Positions 49,588-60,072 of a stretch of DNA of 64,000 nucleotides are shown here, piece after piece. A program made the position numbers and the translations under genes. This stretch comes from an archaeon (GTDB taxonomy: Archaea; Asgardarchaeota; Thorarchaeia; Thorarchaeales; Thorarchaeaceae), in assembly GCA_024276825.1 (NCBI GenBank), contig JAJRWI010000010.1, positions 64,001 through 128,000 of the forward strand. Reading direction: 5' to 3'. A model generated the notes under the pieces. It was not told the origin of the DNA. It did no database searches and saw only the letters and a program-made list of their open reading frames with translations. Positions within the stretch are counted from its first letter, which is position 1; each line of letters opens with the position of its first letter.

Positions 49588-50343
49588 CTAGTCTGACTCG
49601 TTAGGTCCGTTTTGGGAAATTGTAAATCTAAACTCATGTCCAGCGGCCCAATCGGTTTCAAGAACTTGACCGGGCTCCATCACTAATGGGGTTATACCAT
49701 GACCGAATTGACTGATATACTTTGAGAATCGCTTTAACTGCTCATGGTCTTCCCATCTCATTGGAATTGCAAGTTTTGGATGTGCATCAATACATATACT
49801 GACCGCATCTCTGACTGGAAACACACCATCGCCCCCAATAGGAGTAATCAGTATGTGAGATTCCAGTGCTCCAAATGGACCTCTTATCTCCGAGTCTCCC
49901 ACATAGGACACCTTCATCTTGCCCATCTCTATATGGAGGCCATAGTTCTCAATCTTTTCATCATTTGCAGGATCTGTGCGTTTCAGAATATACGGTGTGA
50001 GTTTCATTCCAGGAATCTCATAGGGGATCTCATTCTCTAGTGTGTGAAGAAGCCATGGTTTTGCACCTTGTGACTTGACTTTTTCGATTGTGGACTCATC
50101 ACCAAGTACCCAGGCCTTTGCATTGATTGCAATCTGTGCGGCATTGCCCACAGCATCATCAAGGTGGTTTGTTACTGCAATTATCCTAACATCAAGGTCG
50201 TCAGGCACAACAGCCTCGCCATCCCAGATTCCCGGATTCAGAAGCAGTGAGGTCTCTTCTGTTGACAACATGAACGATGTCTTTCCAAAGTACTTTATCC
50301 TAAGCAAGTTATCACATCCAAACGTCCCGTTTTGGTCACCCAC
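49588..50343 (-). CDS. Metallo-beta-lactamase-fold protein (UPF0173-like) lacking metal-binding His residues
   Basis: IKYFGKTSF, VTNHLDDAVG, YVGDS, PIGG and AIPMRW align to the UPF0173 layout with the ligands substituted. Confidence 0.7.
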   Translation of the reverse strand: MGDQNGTFGCDNLLRIKYFGKTSFMLSTEETSLLLNPGIWDGEAVVPDDLDVRIIAVTNHLDDAVGNAAQIAINAKAWVLGDESTIEKVKSQGAKPWLLHTLENEIPYEIPGMKLTPYILKRTDPANDEKIENYGLHIEMGKMKVSYVGDSEIRGPFGALESHILITPIGGDGVFPVRDAVSICIDAHPKLAIPMRWEDHEQLKRFSKYISQFGHGITPLVMEPGQVLETDWAAGHEFRFTISQNGPNESD

Positions 50344-50497
50344 GAGTCAGAATAATTATGGACACCCTTTACGTTGTATTGCTATCTTAAAAAAGAATTT
50401 TGCATAATCCCAATTCCTCAGATTTTCCGAGTGGTATCTTTTTATTGCATAATCAAGACTCAGTTATTGGACAAATGCATGAACGGATGAGGGCCCA

Positions 50498-51793
50498 ATG
50501 CTAGAAAAGATCCTGACCTTAGAATTCAGAAAGTTAGTCACATCAGTGATTGATGACATAAAGAACTATCATAATCGCGTCACCGAGAAGGAGTTTGAGA
50601 AAGACAAGAGGAGGATCTTAAACGAGCTGTTGACAGAGATTGATGTATATCCGCCAGATATTGTGTTAAATGAGGACTATCTTGTCGCTGCAATAGATGG
50701 TTCTGGTAGCGAGAACTTTTTCCTTCTAGATGATATTAGAGTTCATTTAATCAGCACTGCCACAGTAGTACTCAACACAAACACAAAATTTGGGGACCCT
50801 TTCAGACCAATGAGTAACGATGAGGTTTCAAGGGTTATGGGAAAGGATCAGCCCAATCTTGACTTACTATGGCATTTGGGCGTTCGGGAGGACGCGGCTG
50901 AAAAACTTGCAGAGATGTTTGAACTGCTTTATCCCATCGAGGATATTCCCAGCTTGGTCTTACCATTCTTTCAGGATGTAATTCAAAAAACGATTGACAA
51001 ACTGGAGGATTTGCGGGACACTGAGTTTGGGCAGTATATTGACGAGTTTCATAAAATGGTGACCTTGATATCAAGAGGTAATCTATTAACCACCAGTGCG
51101 GCCCACGATGAGTTGCGAAAAACAGCGGAGTATGCTGCTGCAAAACGGCTTCTAATTAGTGACATCAAGCCCCGCTTTCTACTACTTGATGGTGCTATGA
51201 GTGTATTCATTCATTTTGCCAGACAATATCCCTCGTTGCCAAGTGGATTCATGCTACGAGATATTTGCAAAACAGCTCGTGAGAAGGGTACAATTCTTTG
51301 TGCAGTCAGTAAGAATCACACAATTCCATTTGCTCATAGAATTGCAAAGATGGCAGAAGAAAAATTCGGGAAGAACAAAAAGTGGTTCTGTCTGCTGCCA
51401 TCAAACGATGATCCTGGGGGAGGCCTACACATTTACAGTAATAGGACATATATCCCCCCAAGACTAGCAGTACCCTATTTGTTCAGCTTCTCAGGCGATA
51501 ACCGCCCATCAAGAATCGACTTTGACAGAATATGGTGGTTGGAAAATATCTTTGTTGAGGGTGACCCAGAGTCAACAAGGGAGAATGAGATTGCATTGTT
51601 TCGTGAACTAGAGTTCATGTCAAGAGATGCCAGATGGTATGGATATCCTGTGCCCTTGGCATTGGCTCACACGGAATGCAAGATCAGTTATGAGGACCTG
51701 AGCATTGCTAAAGACATACTGTCAGATGTTCTGCATGAGTCTGACCTAGACCCAAGATTCGCAAAGTCCCTCAGGAGCGATTTTAACATGTAA
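50498..51793 (+). CDS. nurA: NurA 5'-3' nuclease
   Basis: AAIDGS, LLLDG, AVSK and GYPVPLALAH motifs; operon context. Confidence 0.88.
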   Translation: MLEKILTLEFRKLVTSVIDDIKNYHNRVTEKEFEKDKRRILNELLTEIDVYPPDIVLNEDYLVAAIDGSGSENFFLLDDIRVHLISTATVVLNTNTKFGDPFRPMSNDEVSRVMGKDQPNLDLLWHLGVREDAAEKLAEMFELLYPIEDIPSLVLPFFQDVIQKTIDKLEDLRDTEFGQYIDEFHKMVTLISRGNLLTTSAAHDELRKTAEYAAAKRLLISDIKPRFLLLDGAMSVFIHFARQYPSLPSGFMLRDICKTAREKGTILCAVSKNHTIPFAHRIAKMAEEKFGKNKKWFCLLPSNDDPGGGLHIYSNRTYIPPRLAVPYLFSFSGDNRPSRIDFDRIWWLENIFVEGDPESTRENEIALFRELEFMSRDARWYGYPVPLALAHTECKISYEDLSIAKDILSDVLHESDLDPRFAKSLRSDFNM

Positions 51794-51812
51794 TAGGGAG
51801 GTATGAAGTGAG

Positions 51813-53594
51813 ATGCTTAATAAAGAAAAATTGGGAAGTCTGTTTGGAAGAATAGGAATGGGAGATCAATCCTCATTATGGATTATGGGTAGTAATGAAG
51901 ACATCTGTGTCGGTGAAATATTTGCGATATACTCAAAGCGCGATAACCATGAGAGGGTGTTCTTTTACAGAGTATTGAAACTTCATAATTATCTACGAAG
52001 AGTAGATGATCTCTCGCAAGTTGCTGGCACGCTCATGGTCGAGGGTGATGCATATCTCTCGGGAATCGATAGAAACAAGTTGATTGAACTTGGCGGAAAG
52101 ATGTTGGGCTATGCTGAGCTGGTAGAGAATGAAAAGGGAGAGAGAATATGGAGATTCAAATCACCGAGAAGAATACCAGAACATCTGGCCTTCGTGTACC
52201 GTCCTGTTAAAGGAGAATCGGATGTTATCTATTGTGATATGCTTCATAGTCAGATTGGCGGAGAGATATATATTGGCGACTTTCAGATTGGTGAAGACAC
52301 CCTTGATGTACCTGTCAATATCGAGTCAAAGTTTTTACCTATGCATGTTGGAATATTCGGCTCGACTGGAGCTGGAAAGAGTAATCTCATGATGGTACTC
52401 ATCAAGTCAATGATTGACAATAACCTCAAAGTGATACGGGGCCAGTCGACCAGTAATCTTGTATCAGCATTTTGCATTGACCCCCATGACGAGTTTGCAA
52501 CAGGGGTCGATACATATGGTATTCATGACATCGTGAAGGAGATGGATGAAAACACAAGAAAAGAACTCTTTGGCGAGTTTTATTATTTGACATCTCATCT
52601 GAGTGCAACACCTCGCGAAATCAAGAGATATGCAAAAGAAATCCGAATTCTCTGGAAAGAGATAATTCCACAGGACCTGTACTCCATTATGTCATTCACT
52701 CCTCAAATGTCAGCATTCATTGAAGCAATGTATCATGCTCACGGAGAAGACTGGATTGAAGCAATCATCCAATTGGATGAAAATGATGATTCTGTTGATA
52801 GGTCTAATCTTGGAAGTATGAGGGCAGTCAAGAGAAGACTCAAATTTCTAGAGAACTCTTCAATCTTTGTTGATTCTGGTCAATCAATCTTGCCTGAGAT
52901 ATACTTTGCAATGGAAACTGGCAAGATATTGGTTGTGAACACTAGTCTGATGAGTGACCGCGAGCAGTTTCTCCTCACCACTATTGTAACAAGAACCATC
53001 TCCGATTTAAGACGGGCTGCTAAAAGCAGTGGTCTGATTAGGGATTTTGAAGCTCAATGTCGTGTTAGGCTACCAATATCATTCTACAACAAAATAGAGA
53101 GGAAGGCAAAGGCGTTCTATGGCAAGGGAGGAACAACAAATGAACACGAGGTCAGGGATCCTAGAGACTTGCCAATAGTCATGATCACTGTTGAAGAGGC
53201 ACCATCAATACTCAATCCGACATTGATGGAAGGACAGTCCGTGTTCAAGGACATATCCCGACAGGGAAGAAAGTTCAATATGGGACTCTTAGTGGTGAGC
53301 CAACAGGTCAGTGTTCTTGATAATGTGATACTCAGTCAGATGAACACTGAAATCAACCTAAGACTGGGGAATGAGAGAGAGATTCAGGCATGCATAGACA
53401 ATGCAAGCGTGAACATCTCAGGATTCGAGGACGAGTTTAGAGTCATGAACCGTGGTGAGGCCTTGCTCACAGCATCATATAGGGACATGCCAATTCCTGT
53501 CAGAATACCGCTGTTCGATGATGTCTTCAAGAGAAACCGATCAAACTACAAGAGAATGGCCTCCTCCAGAAAACGAGATAAGCATATCATTTGA
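51813..53594 (+). CDS. herA: HerA helicase/translocase
   Basis: HVGIFGSTGAGKSN, DPHDE, VEEA and RQGRKF.....SQ. Confidence 0.92.
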   Translation: MLNKEKLGSLFGRIGMGDQSSLWIMGSNEDICVGEIFAIYSKRDNHERVFFYRVLKLHNYLRRVDDLSQVAGTLMVEGDAYLSGIDRNKLIELGGKMLGYAELVENEKGERIWRFKSPRRIPEHLAFVYRPVKGESDVIYCDMLHSQIGGEIYIGDFQIGEDTLDVPVNIESKFLPMHVGIFGSTGAGKSNLMMVLIKSMIDNNLKVIRGQSTSNLVSAFCIDPHDEFATGVDTYGIHDIVKEMDENTRKELFGEFYYLTSHLSATPREIKRYAKEIRILWKEIIPQDLYSIMSFTPQMSAFIEAMYHAHGEDWIEAIIQLDENDDSVDRSNLGSMRAVKRRLKFLENSSIFVDSGQSILPEIYFAMETGKILVVNTSLMSDREQFLLTTIVTRTISDLRRAAKSSGLIRDFEAQCRVRLPISFYNKIERKAKAFYGKGGTTNEHEVRDPRDLPIVMITVEEAPSILNPTLMEGQSVFKDISRQGRKFNMGLLVVSQQVSVLDNVILSQMNTEINLRLGNEREIQACIDNASVNISGFEDEFRVMNRGEALLTASYRDMPIPVRIPLFDDVFKRNRSNYKRMASSRKRDKHII

Positions 53595-53604
53595 GGTAGT
53601 GGTC

Positions 53605-54906
53605 ATGGTCAGAATCGCACACCTGTCAGACACACACCTTGGAACAAGAATTAGAGAGGGTGTGAAACAGCAGGTATGGGCAAAGGAGATGCAAATTCTC
53701 CTGTTGGAAAATGACTTCTACGAGCGGTTCATCGAGATCTTCGAGAGGATCAGGGCTCTTGACCCACCCGTTGATGTGGTGATTCATTCGGGAGACCTCT
53801 ATGACTCGCCCACCCCGCAGAACCCCTCACAGCCCCCTGTAAAGGCACAGGAGATTGCCACTGAAACGCTGAAGAGTTTCACAGAGGAAACAGGAATCCC
53901 AGTAATTATCATTGAAGGGAACCACGGACTATATAGACAGTTGAATGTTTCACTACTAGATGTCTTGAGAGTTTCAGTGCCGGAACTAAAGGTTGCAACA
54001 CAAGTGGACTTGAAGCAGGCAATTGTTAATGATGATCCTCTCAAGTTCGAGTTTGAAGACTTCGAGGTCTTTTGCTACCCATATATCAGCCCAGAGATTC
54101 TGGAGGCTGGAGACCTCAAGCAGAGATTTGATGAGTGGGCCACGACAAGACAAGCCCCAAGTAATGATATTCCTTCTATCGCAGTGGCTCATGGAATGCC
54201 ATTGGACAATACACTCTATCCTGTGATAGAGAATATCAATTATGACTACATTGCCCTTGGACATGATCATAGGCAGCAGAGATACAAGCGTAATGCATGG
54301 TATGCAGGGTCACCAGAGCGATGGAGGTTTGATGAGGTCAACCTGAAAAAGGGCTTCCTCGTAGTTGATATTGAAAGTGGGAAGGAACCATATATCACTC
54401 AAGAACTTATTGAGTTTCAAAGGCCCGTATACAATGAGAAAATTAAGATTGAATCAGATGACACGGTTGAATCACTGATTCAAAGAATTGAAGCCTGGCT
54501 CGATAAAAAGGGCATGAGGAGCAAGTGGGACCCAGAAACTGCCGCGCGGGTAAGAATCACCTTTGAGGGCGCATCATCAAGGATAATGGGACTGGATCTC
54601 AACGTTGCCCTTGAAACCCTGCGGTCCAATTTGCTAGGCAAAGAGTCAGAATATAATATTGTTCAATTCACATGGCCGCCTAGGAGCACTGCCATAGAGT
54701 TTTCACCATCCGCCTACGAAGAGATAACATCCGAGTATTTGATTGATGATCCCGAAGGGGACTTCAGGGAGTTTCTGGAGGCATGGAAGCCCGAGGGAGA
54801 GTATGATCCAGAAATTCTGATTAAGATCGCTGCAAGGGCCTTAGAGATTGCATCCCGGGCGAAGGGAGAGAGAATGACTGTCGAGGATTTGGAGGGTGAG
54901 AGATGA
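53605..54906 (+). CDS. mre11: Mre11 nuclease
   Basis: DTHLG, GDLYD, GNH, HG, LGHDH and YAGSPER. Start moved to ATG 53605. Confidence 0.9.
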   Translation: MVRIAHLSDTHLGTRIREGVKQQVWAKEMQILLLENDFYERFIEIFERIRALDPPVDVVIHSGDLYDSPTPQNPSQPPVKAQEIATETLKSFTEETGIPVIIIEGNHGLYRQLNVSLLDVLRVSVPELKVATQVDLKQAIVNDDPLKFEFEDFEVFCYPYISPEILEAGDLKQRFDEWATTRQAPSNDIPSIAVAHGMPLDNTLYPVIENINYDYIALGHDHRQQRYKRNAWYAGSPERWRFDEVNLKKGFLVVDIESGKEPYITQELIEFQRPVYNEKIKIESDDTVESLIQRIEAWLDKKGMRSKWDPETAARVRITFEGASSRIMGLDLNVALETLRSNLLGKESEYNIVQFTWPPRSTAIEFSPSAYEEITSEYLIDDPEGDFREFLEAWKPEGEYDPEILIKIAARALEIASRAKGERMTVEDLEGER

Positions 54907-56999
54907 AGATACTAAGAATCGAGGCGGACAATTTCAAACCATTCAAGCAAATTACAATTCCTGAAGACCCAGACATGGAGATTCCAGAGGGTCTGATCCT
55001 GATTCGAGGGCCTAACTCGACAGGCAAATCATCGCTCTTTGAAGCAATATTATGGTGCCTATGGGGTCCCGATGCGATACTGCCAACAAATGATGACCTG
55101 ATCAATTTCTCATCCACATTCTGCAAAGTCAGTGTTGTCTTTGAAATAGAGGGGACCAAGTACAAAGTTGAGAGAACTTACGACAGAGCAGATGGAATGA
55201 AGGTGTTCATGTTCTACAAGACAGATGAAGGGTGGCACCGACTGGCTCACAAAGCGAATGAGGTCAAGAGCAAAATGAAGGAGATATTAAACCTCGACTA
55301 TAAGCAGGCTCTTGAAACCGTTCTAGTAAGGCAGGGAGAAGTTTCAAAGATAGCAGATGCAAGACCTGCAGAACTGCGAAAGCTGCTTGGTGATGTGTAT
55401 AATCTTGAAATAATCAGAAACATGACGGCACAGCTCTCATATCTTGAGTCAGACCTGAGCGCCAGAATTGAGAGACTTCAGAACCAGTACGAGTCACCAG
55501 ACAGCATCAATCAGAACATTGAGGGTCTTAAAGAAGAAATCAAAGAGAGAAAGGCGGACCTCAAACAGATTAAGAATGAAATGACTGGCCTAAAAAAGAG
55601 GCTAAAGACTCTTCCAAAATTGGACGAGATTAGAGAACTGGAAGAGGCAATCGAGTTGATGGAGAGATTAAGATATGATCTGGAAAAGGCGAAGGAGGAC
55701 AGAGACACATATCTTGCCGAGGCAGGAGTTGCAGTTGCTAGTGAAGAAGTGATTGAGAGAAAGCTTGCAAGCCTCTCAAAAAGAAAGGAGAAGATTGAGA
55801 GAGAAAACGAGGAGATTCGCCAGAAGATAAGAGATATTGACCAAGAGATTGGTGGTATCAAAGGACAGAGGAAAGACCTTGAAACCAAAATACGAAATCT
55901 CCAGAATATCAACATTTCTGATGATGAGGGCAAAGCAGAGTGTCCAACCTGCTCTAAGCCCCTCACAATAGAGGAGAGAGATGCAATAATTGAAGACTAT
56001 AAAGGGATTATTATTGGTGGGAGAGAGAGAGAGAAACAACTGATCAAGAAACGTGATGATTACAGGAAAAAGATGATTCAGAATGACAAGGAAATCAAGA
56101 TAATAGAGGGTGCCATTCAGGCCCTGGGAAGAATTGCATCAAGACAAGCATCAGTTGACAAGATTGCCAAGGAGTTACAGAGTGCAAAAGACCGCCTTGA
56201 TCGAGTACTTGGTTCTCTAAAAGCGAAGAGCAGGGAAGATCTCTTGGCCAAATATCAGGTGCAAAGTATTCGTGAGATTGAGAAAGAGATTGCAAGTATT
56301 AATGCAACCTTATCAACACAAAGTCAGCGTTTGCAGGACATTCAAGAGGAAATTGACAGTAGGCGTGCAAAGATTGATGAACTTGAGAAAAGGATTGCAA
56401 AAATGATTGCATTGAAGGCTGAAAAGGATGAATTAACAAAACTTCTCAAGCACACCAATTATTTGCGATTGAAGCTTGTGAGCGGATTCATTGCTGATTA
56501 TGTTGTTCAAAAGAGGCTTATCGGAATTATTCGTGGTGCCACAAACGAGTATGTCAAGGCATTTACCAATGGGCAATACTCATCTATTGATCTTATTGCA
56601 AAGGGTTCTGGAAAAAGCATGGGACTTGTATTGCAGGTGCGGGACAAGCGCGATTCAGCAACCAAGAGGTCATCCCAGTTGAGCTTTGGTGATAGAACTG
56701 CCATCAGTCTTGCCCTACGTCTCGGAATAAGCAGGACAATGAGCAGCATTCGACCTCTGAAAGACAGTCCTGCTGTGTCGCCAAAGGTGAGGTGTGTCCT
56801 ACTTGACGAACCGCTTGCGGGCCTTGACCGCGATCGCAGAAAATCAGTTGTTCAGAACCTCATGAATGATGTTGCCTTTAGGCAAATCTATCTTATCACT
56901 CACACTGATGTTCAGGACTGGCAGGGGGTGTCGGTAATTGACATTCATAAGAGTGGAAACTTTAGCACTGTGACGTTGAGAACAAATGGACCCGAATAA
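54903..56999 (+). CDS. rad50: Rad50 ATPase
   Basis: GPNSTGKSS, RQGE, coiled coil with a CPTC zinc hook, LSFGD, LLDEP and ITH. Confidence 0.9.
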   Translation: MKILRIEADNFKPFKQITIPEDPDMEIPEGLILIRGPNSTGKSSLFEAILWCLWGPDAILPTNDDLINFSSTFCKVSVVFEIEGTKYKVERTYDRADGMKVFMFYKTDEGWHRLAHKANEVKSKMKEILNLDYKQALETVLVRQGEVSKIADARPAELRKLLGDVYNLEIIRNMTAQLSYLESDLSARIERLQNQYESPDSINQNIEGLKEEIKERKADLKQIKNEMTGLKKRLKTLPKLDEIRELEEAIELMERLRYDLEKAKEDRDTYLAEAGVAVASEEVIERKLASLSKRKEKIERENEEIRQKIRDIDQEIGGIKGQRKDLETKIRNLQNINISDDEGKAECPTCSKPLTIEERDAIIEDYKGIIIGGREREKQLIKKRDDYRKKMIQNDKEIKIIEGAIQALGRIASRQASVDKIAKELQSAKDRLDRVLGSLKAKSREDLLAKYQVQSIREIEKEIASINATLSTQSQRLQDIQEEIDSRRAKIDELEKRIAKMIALKAEKDELTKLLKHTNYLRLKLVSGFIADYVVQKRLIGIIRGATNEYVKAFTNGQYSSIDLIAKGSGKSMGLVLQVRDKRDSATKRSSQLSFGDRTAISLALRLGISRTMSSIRPLKDSPAVSPKVRCVLLDEPLAGLDRDRRKSVVQNLMNDVAFRQIYLITHTDVQDWQGVSVIDIHKSGNFSTVTLRTNGPE

Positions 57000-57042
57000 A
57001 AAACTTCAGTCAGGACTAGAAACATAATACTAATGAGTGTGA

Positions 57043-58593
57043 GTGATTTGCCCTTCATCTATGACTGTTAGGGACTTGATGAACAAGGCAAAGATCATTC
57101 TTGTTGAGAACATTGTGTTCATCATCGTCCTCATCATTGGTCTGATTGTTTGGAACTATGTATGGAACTTGGCTGTTGTGGATTATCTTGATTCAGGCTT
57201 TTGGAATTCAAGGCATGTCTGGTTGGGTCCGGGTGTGGATCCCGGGCAGTTCACATTATTTGGGCTCACGATCGAGTATCAGTTCGAGGGATATTCGGAC
57301 TATAGCTTCTTCTATGTTCACTGGGGCTACAACATTCTTTACGGAGTGCTACCATACACACCTGAGTTTGGATATCTGTCCATGGATGGTATTGTGAATC
57401 AGAATGGGGTTTACTTATTCCCACCATTGACCGCCCTGTTATATGGCCTTGGAATATTGATATCCCCTGACAACACTGGTATTGGCCTTTTGTTTACGGT
57501 CTTTGGATATTTGACAGTGTTTCCGGTCTATGGAATTGCAAGGCATCTTTCTAACAACAGGCGGTATGGGGAGGCTGCAGCCTTGACATACATATTAAAT
57601 CCGATGATGTTGTACTATATTGCGTTCCTGTGGATGAACCCCGCCCCATTCATATTCTTCATTTTCAGTGGCATTTACATGTTAATGAGAGGTAGAAGGC
57701 ATACAGGCACTTTGCTAATCGTGATTGCCGCATTATTCAAACAAATGGCATGGTTCGTAGGTCTCCCGCTGATCGTCTATCTGTTGCTCAAGCCAAGAGA
57801 TAGCTCTGAGAGGAATACAAAAGAGAAGGGCTTGCTGATTAGACTTCTTGGATACTTTGACTTCAAAGGGTTCTTTGGAAGTGTCATACTAGTGGTCCTA
57901 TTTGTCGCTGCGATTGCATTGCCATTCTTCCTCTTTCAACCTCACATGATACAGTTCATGTCCCTTGCTGCTGGAGGCTTTGCTCTTGAATCACCCACAG
58001 AACCACCAGGCTACGCCAGTCCCATGCGTCTTCAAATCCTGCCTGTGGTGGCAGGATTGCCGGATCTTGCAATATTGCTGGACTATCTCGTGTTCTACAG
58101 TGTTCTATTATGGTTTGGTGTGACCCTCATTGTTGGACTCTACGCGATAATTCCAAAACACGAGAACCGAATGTATTTCAGACGGTTCATGCTGATAGTC
58201 TTGGTGCTGTTGCTCTGGGTGCATATCACAGGTCCTCGGGGAGTTTACAAGTATTACTTCACCCTGTTTGCGCCGTTCTTTTCAATTCTCGCGACACCCG
58301 CCATAATTCGCAGCAGTAATGAAACATTGAGATTATCGCCCATAGCGTTCGTGACTCCATTTTTCTTCAGTGCGATGATAATGGTTCCGCCAAGACTTGT
58401 CTATCTTGCGAACGTAATTTTCATCCTCATAATCTATGTATTGATAGCAACTGTCAAGAAACCCAAATCGGAAGGGAGAGAGATAGAAATGGATGCTAGT
58501 ACGGCGGATGACTTGAGAGTTCTGAATAGGATTAGAACAAGATTCTTCACTTTGATGACACGACCGAGTCTAAGTAAAGGGAGAGGAAAGTGA
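57043..58593 (+). CDS. GT-C fold membrane glycosyltransferase (GT87/PIG-M-like)
   Basis: EGYSDY, PY, Y.FPPL, LNP, AALFKQ and RG.YKYY; multiple TM helices. Start may be 57061 or 57079. Confidence 0.7.
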   Translation: MICPSSMTVRDLMNKAKIILVENIVFIIVLIIGLIVWNYVWNLAVVDYLDSGFWNSRHVWLGPGVDPGQFTLFGLTIEYQFEGYSDYSFFYVHWGYNILYGVLPYTPEFGYLSMDGIVNQNGVYLFPPLTALLYGLGILISPDNTGIGLLFTVFGYLTVFPVYGIARHLSNNRRYGEAAALTYILNPMMLYYIAFLWMNPAPFIFFIFSGIYMLMRGRRHTGTLLIVIAALFKQMAWFVGLPLIVYLLLKPRDSSERNTKEKGLLIRLLGYFDFKGFFGSVILVVLFVAAIALPFFLFQPHMIQFMSLAAGGFALESPTEPPGYASPMRLQILPVVAGLPDLAILLDYLVFYSVLLWFGVTLIVGLYAIIPKHENRMYFRRFMLIVLVLLLWVHITGPRGVYKYYFTLFAPFFSILATPAIIRSSNETLRLSPIAFVTPFFFSAMIMVPPRLVYLANVIFILIIYVLIATVKKPKSEGREIEMDASTADDLRVLNRIRTRFFTLMTRPSLSKGRGK

Positions 58594-58599
58594 GCCTGA

Positions 58600-60072
58600 G
58601 TGTCCAATTGGTCGCTTATTTGCAAGAGGACCATTTCTGAAACATTGCGTAAACATGTATATTTCTTGATAGTCCTAGTCTTTGCATCTATCGTATGGAG
58701 CATAGTGTTTCATATTGCAGCCATCGAGTTCATGATGGGGATCAGGCCATTCAGAGCATCATGGACAGGGGTTGGTCAGTTCAATCTCTTTGGATATACA
58801 ATAGATTACTATTTTGAAGGTTGGGCAGACCATGATTATTATTATGTGACATGGGGTCAACAGTTTCTGCAGGGATATGTACCGTATACGACAGGATTTG
58901 ACCACTCTGTAATCAATGGTACAGAGTACTTTACACCATACTTCTTTCCACCCCTGTTTGTGTATTTATGCGCCGTTGGTGAGTTAATATCACCAGTGGG
59001 AATTGGACTGCTAATCACAGTATTTGGATTTCTCACTGCATTTCCAATTTATGGAATAGCAAGCATACTATCAAAACGTAGAGATATTGGGGCAATATCG
59101 GCTGCAACATACCTCTTCAATCCACTGGTCCTCTATCATACCGTGTTTCAATGGCTCAACCCAGCCCCATTTGTATTCTTCATATTCCTTGCATTTTATC
59201 TAATATTTAGAGGGAATAGGCTATCAGGAGCCTTAGTAATGGTCACTGCAGCACTCTTTAAGCAGACAGCGCTATTCATGGCCTTCCCACTTATTGCGAT
59301 TCTAATTAGGGTGAATCTGAAAGAGAGAGAAATTGAACCAGAAACAGTGAGTGAGAAAGATGAAAGGCCTGCAAGTGATAGGATTGACCTCTGGGGATTT
59401 GCAAAGACAAGTCTAGCAGTGATCATCTATGCACTTGCAATCTCAAGCCCATATCTTATCAATCTTGGAAAATACATATCTTCAATCTTTATGCGAATCG
59501 GCGTTGTTGACATTCAAGACTTTACAACAACTCCACCAATCTACAGACCGATTACATTCGCAGTTCCTTTTATTGCATTGGGCTTTCCTGAATGGCTAAC
59601 AAGAACTCTTAATTTCCTCACAGTATCATCCATTGGACTGATTGGGGGTATTCTTCTACTTTTTATCTTAATGTTGTTTGAGATCAAAGATGACAGAAAC
59701 ATCAATGGCTACTGGAGAAAGATGCTGTTTCTGACATTGCTGATGATGCTCTGGTTTCACCTCTGGTCCCCAAGGGGAATTTACAAGTACTATTGCATTT
59801 TGCTAATCCCCTTCTTTTCAATTTTGTCGACATCTAGAATGTGTCAAAAAGAGTGGTTAGACATCAGATTCTCAATAATTATGGTGATTTCACCGATTGT
59901 CTTTGGACTAATGATTCTGGTCCCAGACAGAAATATCTACTTATTGTATGTCTTGATGATATTCCTATTCTATGTGGCTCATACAGGATTGGGAATGATA
60001 TATGGCCGCATAACTTGTAGGTTCAGGTTCCCTAATCTTAGGAGAAGAGTCACTCAGCAGTCAGTTCCTTGA
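58600..60072 (+). CDS. GT-C fold membrane glycosyltransferase, tandem paralogue of the upstream gene
   Basis: EGWADH, PY, YFFPPL, FNP, AALFKQ and RGIYKYY. Confidence 0.7.
   Translation: MSNWSLICKRTISETLRKHVYFLIVLVFASIVWSIVFHIAAIEFMMGIRPFRASWTGVGQFNLFGYTIDYYFEGWADHDYYYVTWGQQFLQGYVPYTTGFDHSVINGTEYFTPYFFPPLFVYLCAVGELISPVGIGLLITVFGFLTAFPIYGIASILSKRRDIGAISAATYLFNPLVLYHTVFQWLNPAPFVFFIFLAFYLIFRGNRLSGALVMVTAALFKQTALFMAFPLIAILIRVNLKEREIEPETVSEKDERPASDRIDLWGFAKTSLAVIIYALAISSPYLINLGKYISSIFMRIGVVDIQDFTTTPPIYRPITFAVPFIALGFPEWLTRTLNFLTVSSIGLIGGILLLFILMLFEIKDDRNINGYWRKMLFLTLLMMLWFHLWSPRGIYKYYCILLIPFFSILSTSRMCQKEWLDIRFSIIMVISPIVFGLMILVPDRNIYLLYVLMIFLFYVAHTGLGMIYGRITCRFRFPNLRRRVTQQSVP

Noticed and set aside
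50498-53594. HerA-based antiviral defence system
   Set aside because: The partners are NurA, Mre11 and Rad50, which make up the standard archaeal repair module. No Sir2 or DUF4297-type effector is present.
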